This document shows positions 29,700-38,441 of a stretch of 64,000 bases of DNA, in pieces. The DNA is taken from positions 14,644 to 78,643 of the forward strand of contig JBARBN010000228.1 in NCBI GenBank assembly GCA_049793155.1, given 5' to 3'. Numbering within the stretch: position 1 is the stretch's first letter; each line of letters opens with the position of its first letter. A program made the translations under genes and the position numbers. The notes under the pieces are model-generated. The model did no database searches, had not been told where the DNA came from, and was given only the letters and a program-made list of their open reading frames with translations. Source of the stretch: Nitrospirota bacterium. GTDB lineage: Bacteria; Nitrospirota; UBA9217.

Positions 29700-30449
29700 T
29701 TAGGCAACTGTCTTCCTACGGAGACCGACGAGACCCATCAGACCCGAGCCGAAGAGGTAGATAGCAGCCGGGATCGGCGTAGCTTGCGCGACCAGTTGCG
29801 TGGAGCCGTCAGCGAAGGTACGAATCGTAGCGATGCTCGTGCCTTGTGCTCCGGAACTCGGATCAGAGCCGTAGTAATAGAGAACCTGGTCAACATAGCT
29901 CGAAGTAGCAAGCGCCCCCAGATTCTTCTCGGCATCGCCCGATGCAAGATAATTGCCCATCGTTCCGATCATGGTTCCGCCGCCATTCATCATGTTCCAG
30001 TAGGAATACGTACCGGTCTGTGCAACCGTTGCATTGTTGCCGACTGCGGCGCCACGGTAAGTATCCAGAGTGCTACCTGCAGCTGGACTGAATGACCCCC
30101 AGAACGCATAGGGGTTGATGTTACCGGCGTTTGCCGGACCGCTGGCATAGGCAGAACCATTGCCGCCATTCGCGGTATTGGACAGGATGAAGTAGGCGAC
30201 ATTGGTATTGGCCAATGTCGCGCCTGACCCTAACTTGCTAAGGCTGAAGGTGTCCGTATTGAAGGCCACATTGGTGGTAAGAGGTGCGCTCGCTGAAAAA
30301 GCACCGAGGTCTGTTGCGTACTCCGTGCCGGCGCCGGTCCCGCTATATACCACGCGGATCAGATCGCCTTCGTCGAAAGCGGCCATTGCCTGACCGGCGA
30401 AACTGACCATGAGCATCATGGCTACAAAAAGCAAAATAATTTTTTTCAT
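29700..30449 (-). CDS. Secreted protein with a VPLPA-type PEP-CTERM exosortase sorting signal
   Basis: Signal peptide MKKIILLFVAMMLMVSFAGQAMA. The C-terminus ...ATPIPAAIYLFGSGLMGLVGLRRKTVA has a P-x-P-A motif, a TM helix and a basic cluster. Confidence 0.65.
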   Translation of the reverse strand: MKKIILLFVAMMLMVSFAGQAMAAFDEGDLIRVVYSGTGAGTEYATDLGAFSASAPLTTNVAFNTDTFSLSKLGSGATLANTNVAYFILSNTANGGNGSAYASGPANAGNINPYAFWGSFSPAAGSTLDTYRGAAVGNNATVAQTGTYSYWNMMNGGGTMIGTMGNYLASGDAEKNLGALATSSYVDQVLYYYGSDPSSGAQGTSIATIRTFADGSTQLVAQATPIPAAIYLFGSGLMGLVGLRRKTVA

Positions 30450-30845
30450 TGTTTTGTTTCCTCCTGAGTTTTTTAAAATCAATCGAAATCGTTCCTACCC
30501 AGCGTTTCGTGCGTGTATATCTGGAGACGCTGCGTATGCTTTTTACCCTCAGGCGACCCGGCCATCCACCTCTGGTGGACCCGCTGGTTTTCCGTCACCC
30601 GGTTGCCCGGGCTTTGGCTTTATTCTGAAGGCCGGATGCTGACTTGCGCAGACATCCTACCGAGTTGTATACATCATCTATGCTGTCTCTATCTCCCCCT
30701 CCTTTCTTTTATGGATGTATTGAGTGGGCCTGTCAATTTGAACTGTAATAAATCATTACGCGGCAGGCTCCCGACCCGGGCTTTCTGTTACCTTATTCAG
30801 GTCAGCTAAGTACCCTGGTACTAAATAAAAGACGATAAATAAAAA

Positions 30846-30892
30846 AAGCCCGAATCCTGATAAGAACTCACTCTTATCCATGATTCGGGCTT
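30846..30892 (-). terminator. Intrinsic terminator (hairpin plus U7) downstream of gene 31056..32228; part of repeat copy 1
   Basis: AAGCCCGAATC-ctgataagaactcactcttatccat-GATTCGGGCTT. In the minus direction it is followed by UUUUUUUAUUUAUCGUCUUUUAUUU. The loop carries its own inverted repeat (gataagaa/cttatc). Confidence 0.6.
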
Positions 30893-30940
30893 TCTGGTGC
30901 GCGACTGAATTCTGTCGGTCAGCAAAGGACCCTGATGATC
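30846..30940 (-). repeat. Leader/terminator repeat element, copy 1 (about 95 nt)
   Basis: Hairpin plus TTTCTGGT(A/G)C plus the CGGTCAGCAAAGGACCCTGA(T/G)GAT box. About 85% identical to copy 2 at 32237..32335. Confidence 0.6.
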
Positions 30941-30994
30941 ACTTGTTCATTTTATGCTTCTTGATCGTTAACGTAGCGAATACTACACGTCGCA

Positions 30995-31035
30995 GGTTAC
31001 ATGGTGATGACAGTTCAATGAAAGTTGTGTGAAGA
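30995..31035 (-). promoter_or_regulatory. Direct-repeat array X1 (TGATGA-type)
   Basis: ACATGGTGATGAcagtTCAATGAaagtTGTGTGAag. About 70% identical to array X2 at 32794. Confidence 0.4.
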
Positions 31036-31055
31036 TTTACGGCTCCGTCCTTCGG

Positions 31056-32228
31056 TTACTGAACAAACGATCGTGCTCTCCTGTCCAGGTCGGCGAGGTA
31101 ATTCGCCGTGAATATATACTCTGAGAGATACATTTTGTTCTTCCTCTGAACCGCCGAAGACCGGCTGTTTATGTATACCTGCAGTGCTTCGATGAAATTA
31201 TTTTCATTGACGACACGGATGAGATCGATCGGCGGGGCAACGACGATCGGATAGTCAAGGATTTCCCCGCCTGCAAGGGTGACCAGCCTCGCGTCCCAGG
31301 TCCCTTCACTCGGGAGGACCGTAATGACGATGTCTTTTTCGCGTGCTTCTTTCGACAACAGCGTGGCGTCGGACAGGGCGATCCCGGTTGAATGCGTTCC
31401 ATCCGACTGTACGTCTATCCGGATCGTGACCGGGGTTTTCCCGTCGGAGATCGCGATCGCAGGCTCCTGCCTGCATCGTTCGCCTTCGTTAGGCCCGAAC
31501 AGAGCGACAAACGAACTCAGGTCCTGCTCCCCCTTGTATTTTTTGAACCGCTGCAGTACGCTTTTTTCCTCACGCGTGAGGAGTGTTATCTTCGCCGCTT
31601 GAACCTGCCTGCCGACATTCCCCGGCGACCGCACCCCTGCTGTCATGGCAACGGGCGCATCAGTTCCCCTTATTCCATCCGGAGCAGCCGCGGAGTTATT
31701 TTTCGGGACTATTACAGTTGGGACCGTATTGTCTGTTCCGTTCCGGGAATTAATATTCTCGAGTCCGACCGTTGGTTCATCCGTTGGTCCGCCTGGCAGC
31801 GTGTTAGCATCAGACTCGGAGGGCCATGCGGTCGTGCTCCTGACACTCGCGGTTACATGATAGATGCCTTTGGTCGCATTCTCCGCCCACGCCTCCTCGA
31901 AATTTACAAAGATCTGGAGAAGAGGATCCGCGACCGGCCGGAAAATGCTGAGGAACAGTGTTCCCGGCACGTTGTCCTTTATCTGCCGCAATTCTCCCCC
32001 GCCGACCGTGATGTAAGGATGCGCCAGCATGGTGGAATCGTAGTCGATCTCTATATCCAGGGCCTGCACGCCGATGACATTTTCTCCTGTCATCACGAAG
32101 CTGCCCTGCCCATTCGGCTGGATGCTCATCGTGACGGCATCGGCAAATGAAAGAGCCGGGCAGATCACTACAAGCAGGAGACCCAGCAAAGGCAAATGTA
32201 GTGTTTTATAGATGATTTGTTTAATCAT
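31056..32228 (-). CDS. Secreted hypothetical protein
   Basis: Start at MIKQIIYKTLHLPLLGLLLVVICPALSFA (signal peptide). No recognisable domain. A structured leader lies immediately upstream. Confidence 0.5.
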   Translation of the reverse strand: MIKQIIYKTLHLPLLGLLLVVICPALSFADAVTMSIQPNGQGSFVMTGENVIGVQALDIEIDYDSTMLAHPYITVGGGELRQIKDNVPGTLFLSIFRPVADPLLQIFVNFEEAWAENATKGIYHVTASVRSTTAWPSESDANTLPGGPTDEPTVGLENINSRNGTDNTVPTVIVPKNNSAAAPDGIRGTDAPVAMTAGVRSPGNVGRQVQAAKITLLTREEKSVLQRFKKYKGEQDLSSFVALFGPNEGERCRQEPAIAISDGKTPVTIRIDVQSDGTHSTGIALSDATLLSKEAREKDIVITVLPSEGTWDARLVTLAGGEILDYPIVVAPPIDLIRVVNENNFIEALQVYINSRSSAVQRKNKMYLSEYIFTANYLADLDRRARSFVQ

Positions 32229-32236
32229 AATAACGC

Positions 32237-32285
32237 AAAAGCCCGAATCGGGATAAGAATATGATCTTATCTCTGATTCGGGCTT
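32237..32285 (-). terminator. Terminator-like hairpin in the 5' leader immediately before the start codon of 31056..32228 (candidate attenuator); part of repeat copy 2
   Basis: AAAGCCCGAATC-gggataagaatatgatcttatctct-GATTCGGGCTTT. In the minus direction it is followed by UUUGCGUUAUU and then the ATG. Confidence 0.5.
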
Positions 32286-32335
32286 TCTGGTACCCTGGCG
32301 ATATAATCCGCCGGTCAGCAAAGGACCCTGAGGAT
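32237..32335 (-). repeat. Leader/terminator repeat element, copy 2 (about 95 nt)
   Basis: Same modules as copy 1. A partial third copy (box plus a different hairpin) lies at 44441..44514. A box-only match TCAGCAAAGTACCC lies at 26977..26990. Confidence 0.6.
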
Positions 32336-32338
32336 ATG

Positions 32339-32473
32339 CTACTTTTTTAGAATTTCTTCAAATTTCTCGATCCGCTCGACGCTTCCGCGGGTGAAATTGA
32401 TCCTGATGTATCCTGTGAATTTTTTGTCCATAAGAGCTTTAATTACTTCCATCATTTTTTTTATTTTTTCCAT
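32339..32473 (-). CDS. Small conserved protein S2 (44 aa), paralog of 26131..26325; absent from the ORF track because it is under 60 aa
   Basis: Hand translation of the reverse complement: ATG GAA AAA ATA AAA AAA ATG ATG GAA GTA ATT AAA GCT CTT ATG GAC AAA AAA TTC ACA GGA TAC ATC AGG ATC AAT TTC ACC CGC GGA AGC GTC GAG CGG ATC GAG AAA TTT GAA GAA ATT CTA AAA AAG TAG. Confidence 0.55.
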   Translation of the reverse strand: MEKIKKMMEVIKALMDKKFTGYIRINFTRGSVERIEKFEEILKK

Positions 32474-32556
32474 CGATCTCTGCTCTTTTCGTGGACATGC
32501 CTGATGTAGCTGAATGCTTTAGTTCCGGCTGTAGGGAACAATTTATAACATACAAT

Positions 32557-32600
32557 TGTTACATTTTGATGACCATTTAATTAAAGTTCCGTGAAATGAT
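32557..32600 (-). promoter_or_regulatory. Direct-repeat array B upstream of small protein S2
   Basis: aaTTGTTACAttt TGATGACcatt TAATTAAagtt CCGTGAAA. It lies about 85 nt upstream of the S2 start. A TATAAA/TATGTT -10-like element lies beyond it in the minus direction. Confidence 0.45.
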
Positions 32601-32793
32601 CATTGGCAATTGCATTTTTCATATTCGAGTGACCAACAGCGCATTTCCTTAATATTCTGTTCATAAGTGCGATAATATTTTGATATCCTTGTTACTCTTT
32701 CCTTTGACCGCATAGGTACGATACTGTTCATTCCATCTGATATTTTCCCTGGCGCTCTTAACTAATGACTCATCTTTTACCACATATATATTT

Positions 32794-32832
32794 CATGGTG
32801 ATGAACGTTCGATGAAAGTTCAGTTAATTTAT
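32794..32832 (-). promoter_or_regulatory. Direct-repeat array X2 (TGATGA-type)
   Basis: CATGGTGATGAacgtTCGATGAaagtTCAGTTAATTTATC. Confidence 0.4.
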
Positions 32833-32853
32833 CGCAGATACATTTATCACTCC

Positions 32854-34692
32854 TTACGAAAAATGCTTTCTGCCGCGGAATAACACAAGACACAAGACAG
32901 CCGCTAAGAATGCAAAACCAGCCGGGGAAACTGCTGGCACCGGTGTGGCGGTCTGAATTGCGGCAAAGGTTGCCTCGACAGTGTGCGCGGAGGTGACAGC
33001 GGCAATAGTATAGGTGAATGTTCCAACCGGATATTCAACTGCCGATACTGATGAGCCGTTATCCTTGAGAGCGACGAGTGTATACCCTGTCAACGGCTTG
33101 ATGGTAAAGAAGGCGCTGCTTCCATAATTGGCAGTCGGGCTGCTGGGCGTATTGGAGCCGCCCAGGGAGTTGGTGACCGTACCCACAAGGGTATAGCTGG
33201 TAATCACGGCGCCGCAGTTTGCCGTACTCCCTCCGTTCTGTCCAGTGCAGGTCCAGTACCATGGACCGGTTCCGGTAACTGTTGACGGGGTGCCGGCGGA
33301 ACAAAGGCCGGTTGTGGGTGCTGTGGTATAGGTCTGGCCGTTCGCGCTGCCGCACAGGCCGTTGATCGGGGGCGGCAGCCCCAGACTGGCTGCGAGATTA
33401 AGACGGGGTTTGACGATCGAATTGCGCGGATCGGTTATGGGAACCCCGTTCGTCGTCATGCGCGCTGTAGTCTGGTCAAGCGAGTCTGTAGGGAAAGCAG
33501 CCCTGAGTATGGCCACCGCGCCTGCCACGTGGGGTGATGCCTGCGATGTCCCTCCCATGGTAATGTTGGCCGCGGTGATCAATGCCCCCGGCGCCACCAT
33601 GGTCAGAAACGAGGCGCTGTTCGAGAAGCAGGTGACCTGATCTGCCGTTGTCGTAAAATCGGTGCAGATACCCCAGTTCAGTCCTCCTACATTGCTGTCA
33701 TAAACCGCGCCCACAGACACGACTCCCGGCGTGCAGGCAGGGCTTGCAATGCCGTTCGTATAGGCATCGTTGCCGGATGCCGCCACCGGGAGGATGCCTG
33801 CCGATCGAGTGTTATTGAGCGGCGTGACAAAAGGGTTGGTATGACTGTTGCTGCATGGGGCGGCATAGTTGACATCGTCACCCAGGCTCATATTCAGGGC
33901 GACGATATTGTATGCGCTTTTATTGGTAATGGTCCAATTGATTCCGGCAAGGACCCAGTTGGTGTTCGAGGACCCGTTGGAAAATACGTTGATCGCAGCG
34001 ATTCGGGCGCCCGGAGCAACTCCGGCCACGATCCCGGCAACATTAGTGCCGTGATTGTTCGGATCGGTATTCAGCGTAAGGTTATTGCCGGTCACATCCA
34101 CAGAGGCGGCAACTTTACAATCTGAAGGAACTCCCGGCGCAGAGCATGAACCGAAAGCTGCGAGGGTATAGTTGATCCCGGTGTCGATGACCGCCACCCC
34201 CGAGCCGCTCCCGGTAAAGCCGGCCTGAATTGCCTGAGGCTGATTGATGAGGGGCAGACTTTGGGTTAATGAAGGATAGATAGGACGATTTTCATAGACC
34301 GCCACGACCTCGGGCCGCGTCAGGAAACGTTCGAGGGCCGGACGACTTTTGAATCGAATAAAGGACATGGGGAGATGGCTATAGTCCTGAACAAGCTCGG
34401 CTTCGCCGGGCAACATCACTGCCTCGGCCCGCTGCTTGATCTCCCGGTAGCGGTCCGCCCTGAAAGAAAGGATGGCATCATCATCGTGCGGTAGATGAGC
34501 ACGGTCCCTTCGGGCTGTTGCCTCTGTTTCAACATCGCGATCATCATAAAGAACGATCACGTCCTGCGGGACACCAGCCGCCAGACTGTCCAGCACACCC
34601 TGGGGAAGGGCCGGCGCGGCGATTGCGGTCAGCGACGCGGTGCAGCAGATCGTTGCGATGGCGTATATAACGAGACGTCTGAGGATACACAA
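32854..34692 (-). CDS. Subtilisin-like serine protease (peptidase S8) with a C-terminal PEP-CTERM-like sorting signal
   Basis: Catalytic triad contexts VAVIDTGI (Asp), NNHGTNVAGIVAG (His) and GTSQASPHVAGAVAIL (Ser). Signal peptide. The C-terminus ...ATPVPAVSPAGFAFLAAVLCLVLFRGRKHFS carries the sorting tail. Confidence 0.8.
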   Translation of the reverse strand: MCILRRLVIYAIATICCTASLTAIAAPALPQGVLDSLAAGVPQDVIVLYDDRDVETEATARRDRAHLPHDDDAILSFRADRYREIKQRAEAVMLPGEAELVQDYSHLPMSFIRFKSRPALERFLTRPEVVAVYENRPIYPSLTQSLPLINQPQAIQAGFTGSGSGVAVIDTGINYTLAAFGSCSAPGVPSDCKVAASVDVTGNNLTLNTDPNNHGTNVAGIVAGVAPGARIAAINVFSNGSSNTNWVLAGINWTITNKSAYNIVALNMSLGDDVNYAAPCSNSHTNPFVTPLNNTRSAGILPVAASGNDAYTNGIASPACTPGVVSVGAVYDSNVGGLNWGICTDFTTTADQVTCFSNSASFLTMVAPGALITAANITMGGTSQASPHVAGAVAILRAAFPTDSLDQTTARMTTNGVPITDPRNSIVKPRLNLAASLGLPPPINGLCGSANGQTYTTAPTTGLCSAGTPSTVTGTGPWYWTCTGQNGGSTANCGAVITSYTLVGTVTNSLGGSNTPSSPTANYGSSAFFTIKPLTGYTLVALKDNGSSVSAVEYPVGTFTYTIAAVTSAHTVEATFAAIQTATPVPAVSPAGFAFLAAVLCLVLFRGRKHFS

Positions 34693-34901
34693 TGCAATCT
34701 CCTAACCTGGACAAACCGGAAAAGCTCTTAGCCACAAAAGTCACAGAAAGCACAGAGAAAAGCTTTTTTTATAAATCAAATCCTTTTTAAAAAAACTATG
34801 TGTCTTATGTGCATTCTGTGGCAAAATATTCGCGACCCGGATCAACATCGCGAAGAGGCCGATTTGCCGCAATCGCCGTATCAGGTGTTGTTTCGAATTG
34901 A

Positions 34902-35216
34902 TCATGGTTCGATGATCAATTTGCCAACGGGTTCATCCGTAGGAAATTCTATCTGTGCAGCGAATCCTTCTAGAATTCTGAGAAACGCTTCCTGCTTATC
35001 CCGCCCTTCAACCTGCCAATAGGCGTGCGCGATATGCCTCATCAAGTCTGCAATCATGATCCCATAAGCCGCCGGGTCTTTCCAGGCGTCGGCTCTGACC
35101 GTAACGTAAGGAGCGCCATCAACATACCAGACGCTGAATAGCTCGAAGGCATCCGCCGCTTGAGTAGTCTTGTTCGGTGCGGGCAATGCCTTCATTTTCG
35201 GAATCACTGATGCCAT
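34902..35216 (-). CDS. Hypothetical small protein (104 aa)
   Basis: Intact ORF with coding-like composition: WYVDGAPYVTVRADAWKDPAAYGIMIADLMRHIAHAYWQVEG. A direct-repeat array lies about 135 nt upstream. Confidence 0.45.
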   Translation of the reverse strand: MASVIPKMKALPAPNKTTQAADAFELFSVWYVDGAPYVTVRADAWKDPAAYGIMIADLMRHIAHAYWQVEGRDKQEAFLRILEGFAAQIEFPTDEPVGKLIIEP

Positions 35217-35351
35217 GTCTCATCACCTTTTCGGTATGCATGCCGGATGCTGCAGGGGGCATCGTATGTGGCGCCCCTTCAATAGGCCTTACTGTTCCAT
35301 AACTGCAAAAGATTTATAATTAATGCAATGCACGCGTCACCCTATCAGTTG

Positions 35352-35395
35352 ATTGTTACAAGGTTATGAAGGACAGGTTAATTTATAATTAATTT
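35352..35395 (-). promoter_or_regulatory. Direct-repeat array C upstream of 34902..35216
   Basis: gaTTGTTACAagg TTATGAAGgac aGGTTAATTtat aATTAATTT. Almost identical in architecture to array D. Confidence 0.5.
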
Positions 35396-35412
35396 TTCGT
35401 TGCACAGGTTTA

Positions 35413-36456
35413 CTAAATATTTTCCGGAGCATTGATAACTGCTTTTCGCCGATAGCGGATCATGTAAATCAACAGCAGTAGAGGGAAGAGGTATTGCCCG
35501 ACTGCGATGAGGGTCAGGTCCATTGTTCTGGCGGATGTGTAATTAAAGTACGCCAGCAAAACATTGTCAATCCGGTGAAAAAGATGGATGACAAAAAGGA
35601 GCCCCAACCCCGCGGCGAGCCCCTTGATTTTCATTGCCCACGGTACTGAGCTAACAGCAAGGACCAGCGACGTAAAGATGACAATGCTGAAGGTTTCATA
35701 GTAGACGGTGGTTTCCTGCGCGAGGCCTACATGGTGATCGAAGAGAGAAAAACCCAGGACCATAAACCAATCCAGGAACCGGATATACCCGTGATGGACC
35801 TTCATCCATACAAGAAATAGACCGCTGGATATCAGCACAAAGCGTACAAAAAACCACGCTGCTTTCATGGGCATGCCCTTGTTCGACTCTTCCCGGTCGA
35901 TCCATTTCAGCCACAGGATGCAGGCCAGCAGGACAAATAACATAGTGAATACCTGGCCCAAATACACATGAAAAACCTCAAAGAGCCCCCGGTCATACCG
36001 ACTTACCATGAAGGTGAGTGCCAGCCGGAACAGGTTGCCCATATAGAGTAAGGGGATTCCCATTGCAAGACCGGTTGTCTTCTGTCGCGCCGTAGCGGGA
36101 TGAAAGATAACGAAGCTCAGGAAAAGGCCCGTTGTGAAGAGCGGAGTGCACTCGGGGATGATCTGGAACGCCAATGCGCCTTCCGATACCGTGTCGTTGA
36201 CAGTCGATGCGGGAATGCCGAAAGCATTCAGGACCAGGACCAGGGTCGCCGCAACGTGTTCGTTTATCGGCTTTGTGAAAGACGGCGGCAATGCGTTAAT
36301 GATCGCATAGATCGCAATGCAGGAAAGGGCGAACGCAGCGGCAAAGCGAAAACTACGCGACCGGATCATATTCGATATTAAAGATCCGAGAGAATCGCCT
36401 TTTTTTTCGGCGGCCTTCTGTTTCTCATGTCGATGCTTTGATTTCTGTTTTGCCAT
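35413..36456 (-). CDS. Exosortase (EpsH/Xrt family transpeptidase)
   Basis: About 8 TM helices. A conserved Cys sits in IIPECTPLFTTGLFLSF (exosortase E-C-[ST]-G/P-like motif) and Arg residues in FRLALTFMVSRYDR. It shares the window with five proteins carrying matching C-terminal sorting tails. Its start is 3 nt from the upstream stop. Confidence 0.6.
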   Translation of the reverse strand: MAKQKSKHRHEKQKAAEKKGDSLGSLISNMIRSRSFRFAAAFALSCIAIYAIINALPPSFTKPINEHVAATLVLVLNAFGIPASTVNDTVSEGALAFQIIPECTPLFTTGLFLSFVIFHPATARQKTTGLAMGIPLLYMGNLFRLALTFMVSRYDRGLFEVFHVYLGQVFTMLFVLLACILWLKWIDREESNKGMPMKAAWFFVRFVLISSGLFLVWMKVHHGYIRFLDWFMVLGFSLFDHHVGLAQETTVYYETFSIVIFTSLVLAVSSVPWAMKIKGLAAGLGLLFVIHLFHRIDNVLLAYFNYTSARTMDLTLIAVGQYLFPLLLLIYMIRYRRKAVINAPENI

Positions 36457-36458
36457 AC

Positions 36459-37859
36459 TTAACGTGTCCGCGGGTCATCCCCTTTCAGCGGAACGGTCGA
36501 CAAGTCAAGGGCATTGCTCAGGTCATTGGCAGCTGCGTCGCGCGTACCCAAAGGTGCCAGGTTCCATCGGCGTTCGATGAACTTCAGAATGGATGTCGTG
36601 TCGTACTGCGTGTGATCGACAAATCCTTTCTTTGCAAAGGGTGAAATGATGATCGCCGGGACTCTCGTACCGGGGCCCCAGCGGTCGCCCTTCGGCGGGG
36701 CCACATGGTCCCACCGGCCGCCGTTCTCGTCATAAGTGATGATGATCACGCTGTCGTTCCAATAAGGACTTTCCTGCACCGCCTTGACGAGTTCAGCCAC
36801 ATGCAGCTGTCCAAAAAGGAGCGCTGAATACCCGGGATGTTCGTTGTAGGAGCCGATCGGCTTGATGAAGGACACAGACGCCAATGCGCCTTTATTCAGG
36901 TCCGTGAGAAAGTCATTCTCGTCCTTAAGATGCGCTGCTTTGGCGACCGTATTGTCGGAAAAATTTGCGAAATAGGCAAAAGGCTGGTGATGGAACTGAA
37001 AATCTCCGGCCGGCTTTCCGGCGACGGCGTCGTTCCATCCTCCGGAATACCAGGTCCAGGAGAGGTTCTTCTCCGTAAGCCGGTCTCCGATAGTCGGCTG
37101 GGTCTGCGGCGGAACAAGATCTTTTGCGCCTTTCGGATGAGGCTGGTTTACCGAGTAAGAGGTATTGACGACGAAGCCATCAGGCGTCACAGCGCCGTCT
37201 TCTTCGAGGATCCCTTTCGAATCAAGCTTTGCTCTCATCAAGGGCGGTGCATCAGGCCAAACCGGCGTGCAGGCGCAGATGAGCCAGAAATGATTTAGGA
37301 ACGAACCGCCGAATGCCGCCTGAAAGAAATTGTCGGCGAGCGTGTATTGCCTCGCCAGCTTTCCCTCGGGCAGGTCGCCGGCATCAACATAGCTCATGAC
37401 GAGCCCTGGATTGTCACTCCAGGTCGCGAACTTGTCCATTTTGCCTCCGTCTATCTGGAGTTGGTTCTGGTAGAAGCGATGAACGAGGTCCCCCGTTTTT
37501 TCGTTCCCGGGAACATACCGGGCCAGATCATACGGTTTTGCCGGCATCTGCTCCGGAAATCGAAGATCGGGCACTGGAGGCTTCAGACAGGTATCCAACG
37601 GCCTCTTAAGAGTTTTAAGCGGCCTGCCCTCTTTGTCAATCTGGTTCAACGCATCTCCCGCATTCGCGATCCCGTTCGCGCCGGGAAAATTCCCATAAAG
37701 GCCGTCGAAGCTCCAGTTCTCCTGGTAGATGACGATGACATGATTGATCTTTGACTGGAGCGCTGTCGTAGTTGTATCTGCGGCCTGCACGAGCGTTGTG
37801 CAGAAAATCGTCGCTGCGGATAACGCAAAAATCCTTACGAACCGAGAGAGAAAAGGCAT
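36459..37859 (-). CDS. Phosphoesterase-family protein (PlcN/AcpA-type non-haemolytic phospholipase C / acid phosphatase), secreted
   Basis: Signal peptide. INHVIVIYQENWSFDGLYGNFPG is the PF04185 phosphoesterase N-motif. Immediately upstream of the exosortase and in the same transcriptional direction. Confidence 0.7.
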   Translation of the reverse strand: MPFLSRFVRIFALSAATIFCTTLVQAADTTTTALQSKINHVIVIYQENWSFDGLYGNFPGANGIANAGDALNQIDKEGRPLKTLKRPLDTCLKPPVPDLRFPEQMPAKPYDLARYVPGNEKTGDLVHRFYQNQLQIDGGKMDKFATWSDNPGLVMSYVDAGDLPEGKLARQYTLADNFFQAAFGGSFLNHFWLICACTPVWPDAPPLMRAKLDSKGILEEDGAVTPDGFVVNTSYSVNQPHPKGAKDLVPPQTQPTIGDRLTEKNLSWTWYSGGWNDAVAGKPAGDFQFHHQPFAYFANFSDNTVAKAAHLKDENDFLTDLNKGALASVSFIKPIGSYNEHPGYSALLFGQLHVAELVKAVQESPYWNDSVIIITYDENGGRWDHVAPPKGDRWGPGTRVPAIIISPFAKKGFVDHTQYDTTSILKFIERRWNLAPLGTRDAAANDLSNALDLSTVPLKGDDPRTR

Positions 37860-37977
37860 ATCTCCTCCTTAATTTAAAGCTATTGTACTAGCCGATAGTC
37901 GGCGACCGGTAGGTTTAGTTGGAAGACATGGATCATTCGCAGCCGATCATGTTTCTTATTCATGCGTTATGCTACGC

Positions 37978-38022
37978 TATCAGAATATTGTTACAGATTT
38001 ATGAAGGGCAGGTTAATTTATG
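37978..38022 (-). promoter_or_regulatory. Direct-repeat array D upstream of the phosphoesterase-exosortase operon
   Basis: taTTGTTACAgat TTATGAAGggc aGGTTAATTtat gATTAATTC. It lies about 120 nt upstream of the phosphoesterase start. Confidence 0.5.
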
Positions 38023-38052
38023 ATTAATTCTGTTGAAGAAAAGGGATTATAA

Positions 38053-38077
38053 TAAAAAAAAAAGGAGCTGCAAAAAA
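38053..38077 (-). terminator. Intrinsic terminator downstream of the transposase remnant
   Basis: GGAGCT-gcaaaaaaccgat-AGCTCC. In the minus direction it is followed by U10. Confidence 0.45.
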
Positions 38078-38132
38078 CCGATAGCTCCCCGAACATGAAC
38101 AAGCAGACGCCGCGCCTCATTAATTCGTACTG

Positions 38133-38303
38133 TTATGCCGCGCAATCACGGTCCTTGTGCCATTCCTTTCCATGCGTGTGATACCGCCTCAGCCACTTAT
38201 AAAACCATTGTTTAGACCGGTTGAGACTGATATAAATGCTCTTCGGCGATTCGCCCTGCAGGATGTAGCGCCGAACTGCTGCTTTTCTGATCTCTTCTTC
38301 CAT
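38133..38303 (-). pseudogene. IS630-like transposase N-terminal helix-turn-helix fragment (remnant)
   Basis: MEEEIRKAAVRRYILQGESPKSIYISLNRSKQWFYKWLRRYHTHGKE then stops. A transposase helix-turn-helix, but no DDE domain follows. Confidence 0.45.
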
Positions 38304-38441
38304 CACATGCTCCTTTGAGACGGCCGGCAGTGACAACCAAAGCCGTTCACTACCGGCACGCCTCACCCGCCCTATGACGGGAAATCCTCATAACTCTGAA
38401 GTTGAATGCTTTTATCCGTTTATTCGCTACTTCGCTGCGCA

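Noticed and set aside
35341-38030. Sigma-54 (-24 GG / -12 GC) promoters for the exosortase locus
   Set aside because: PEP-CTERM loci are often sigma-54/PrsR-regulated, but no TGGCAC-N5-TTGC match was found in the intergenic regions. The only TGGCAC occurrences are intragenic.
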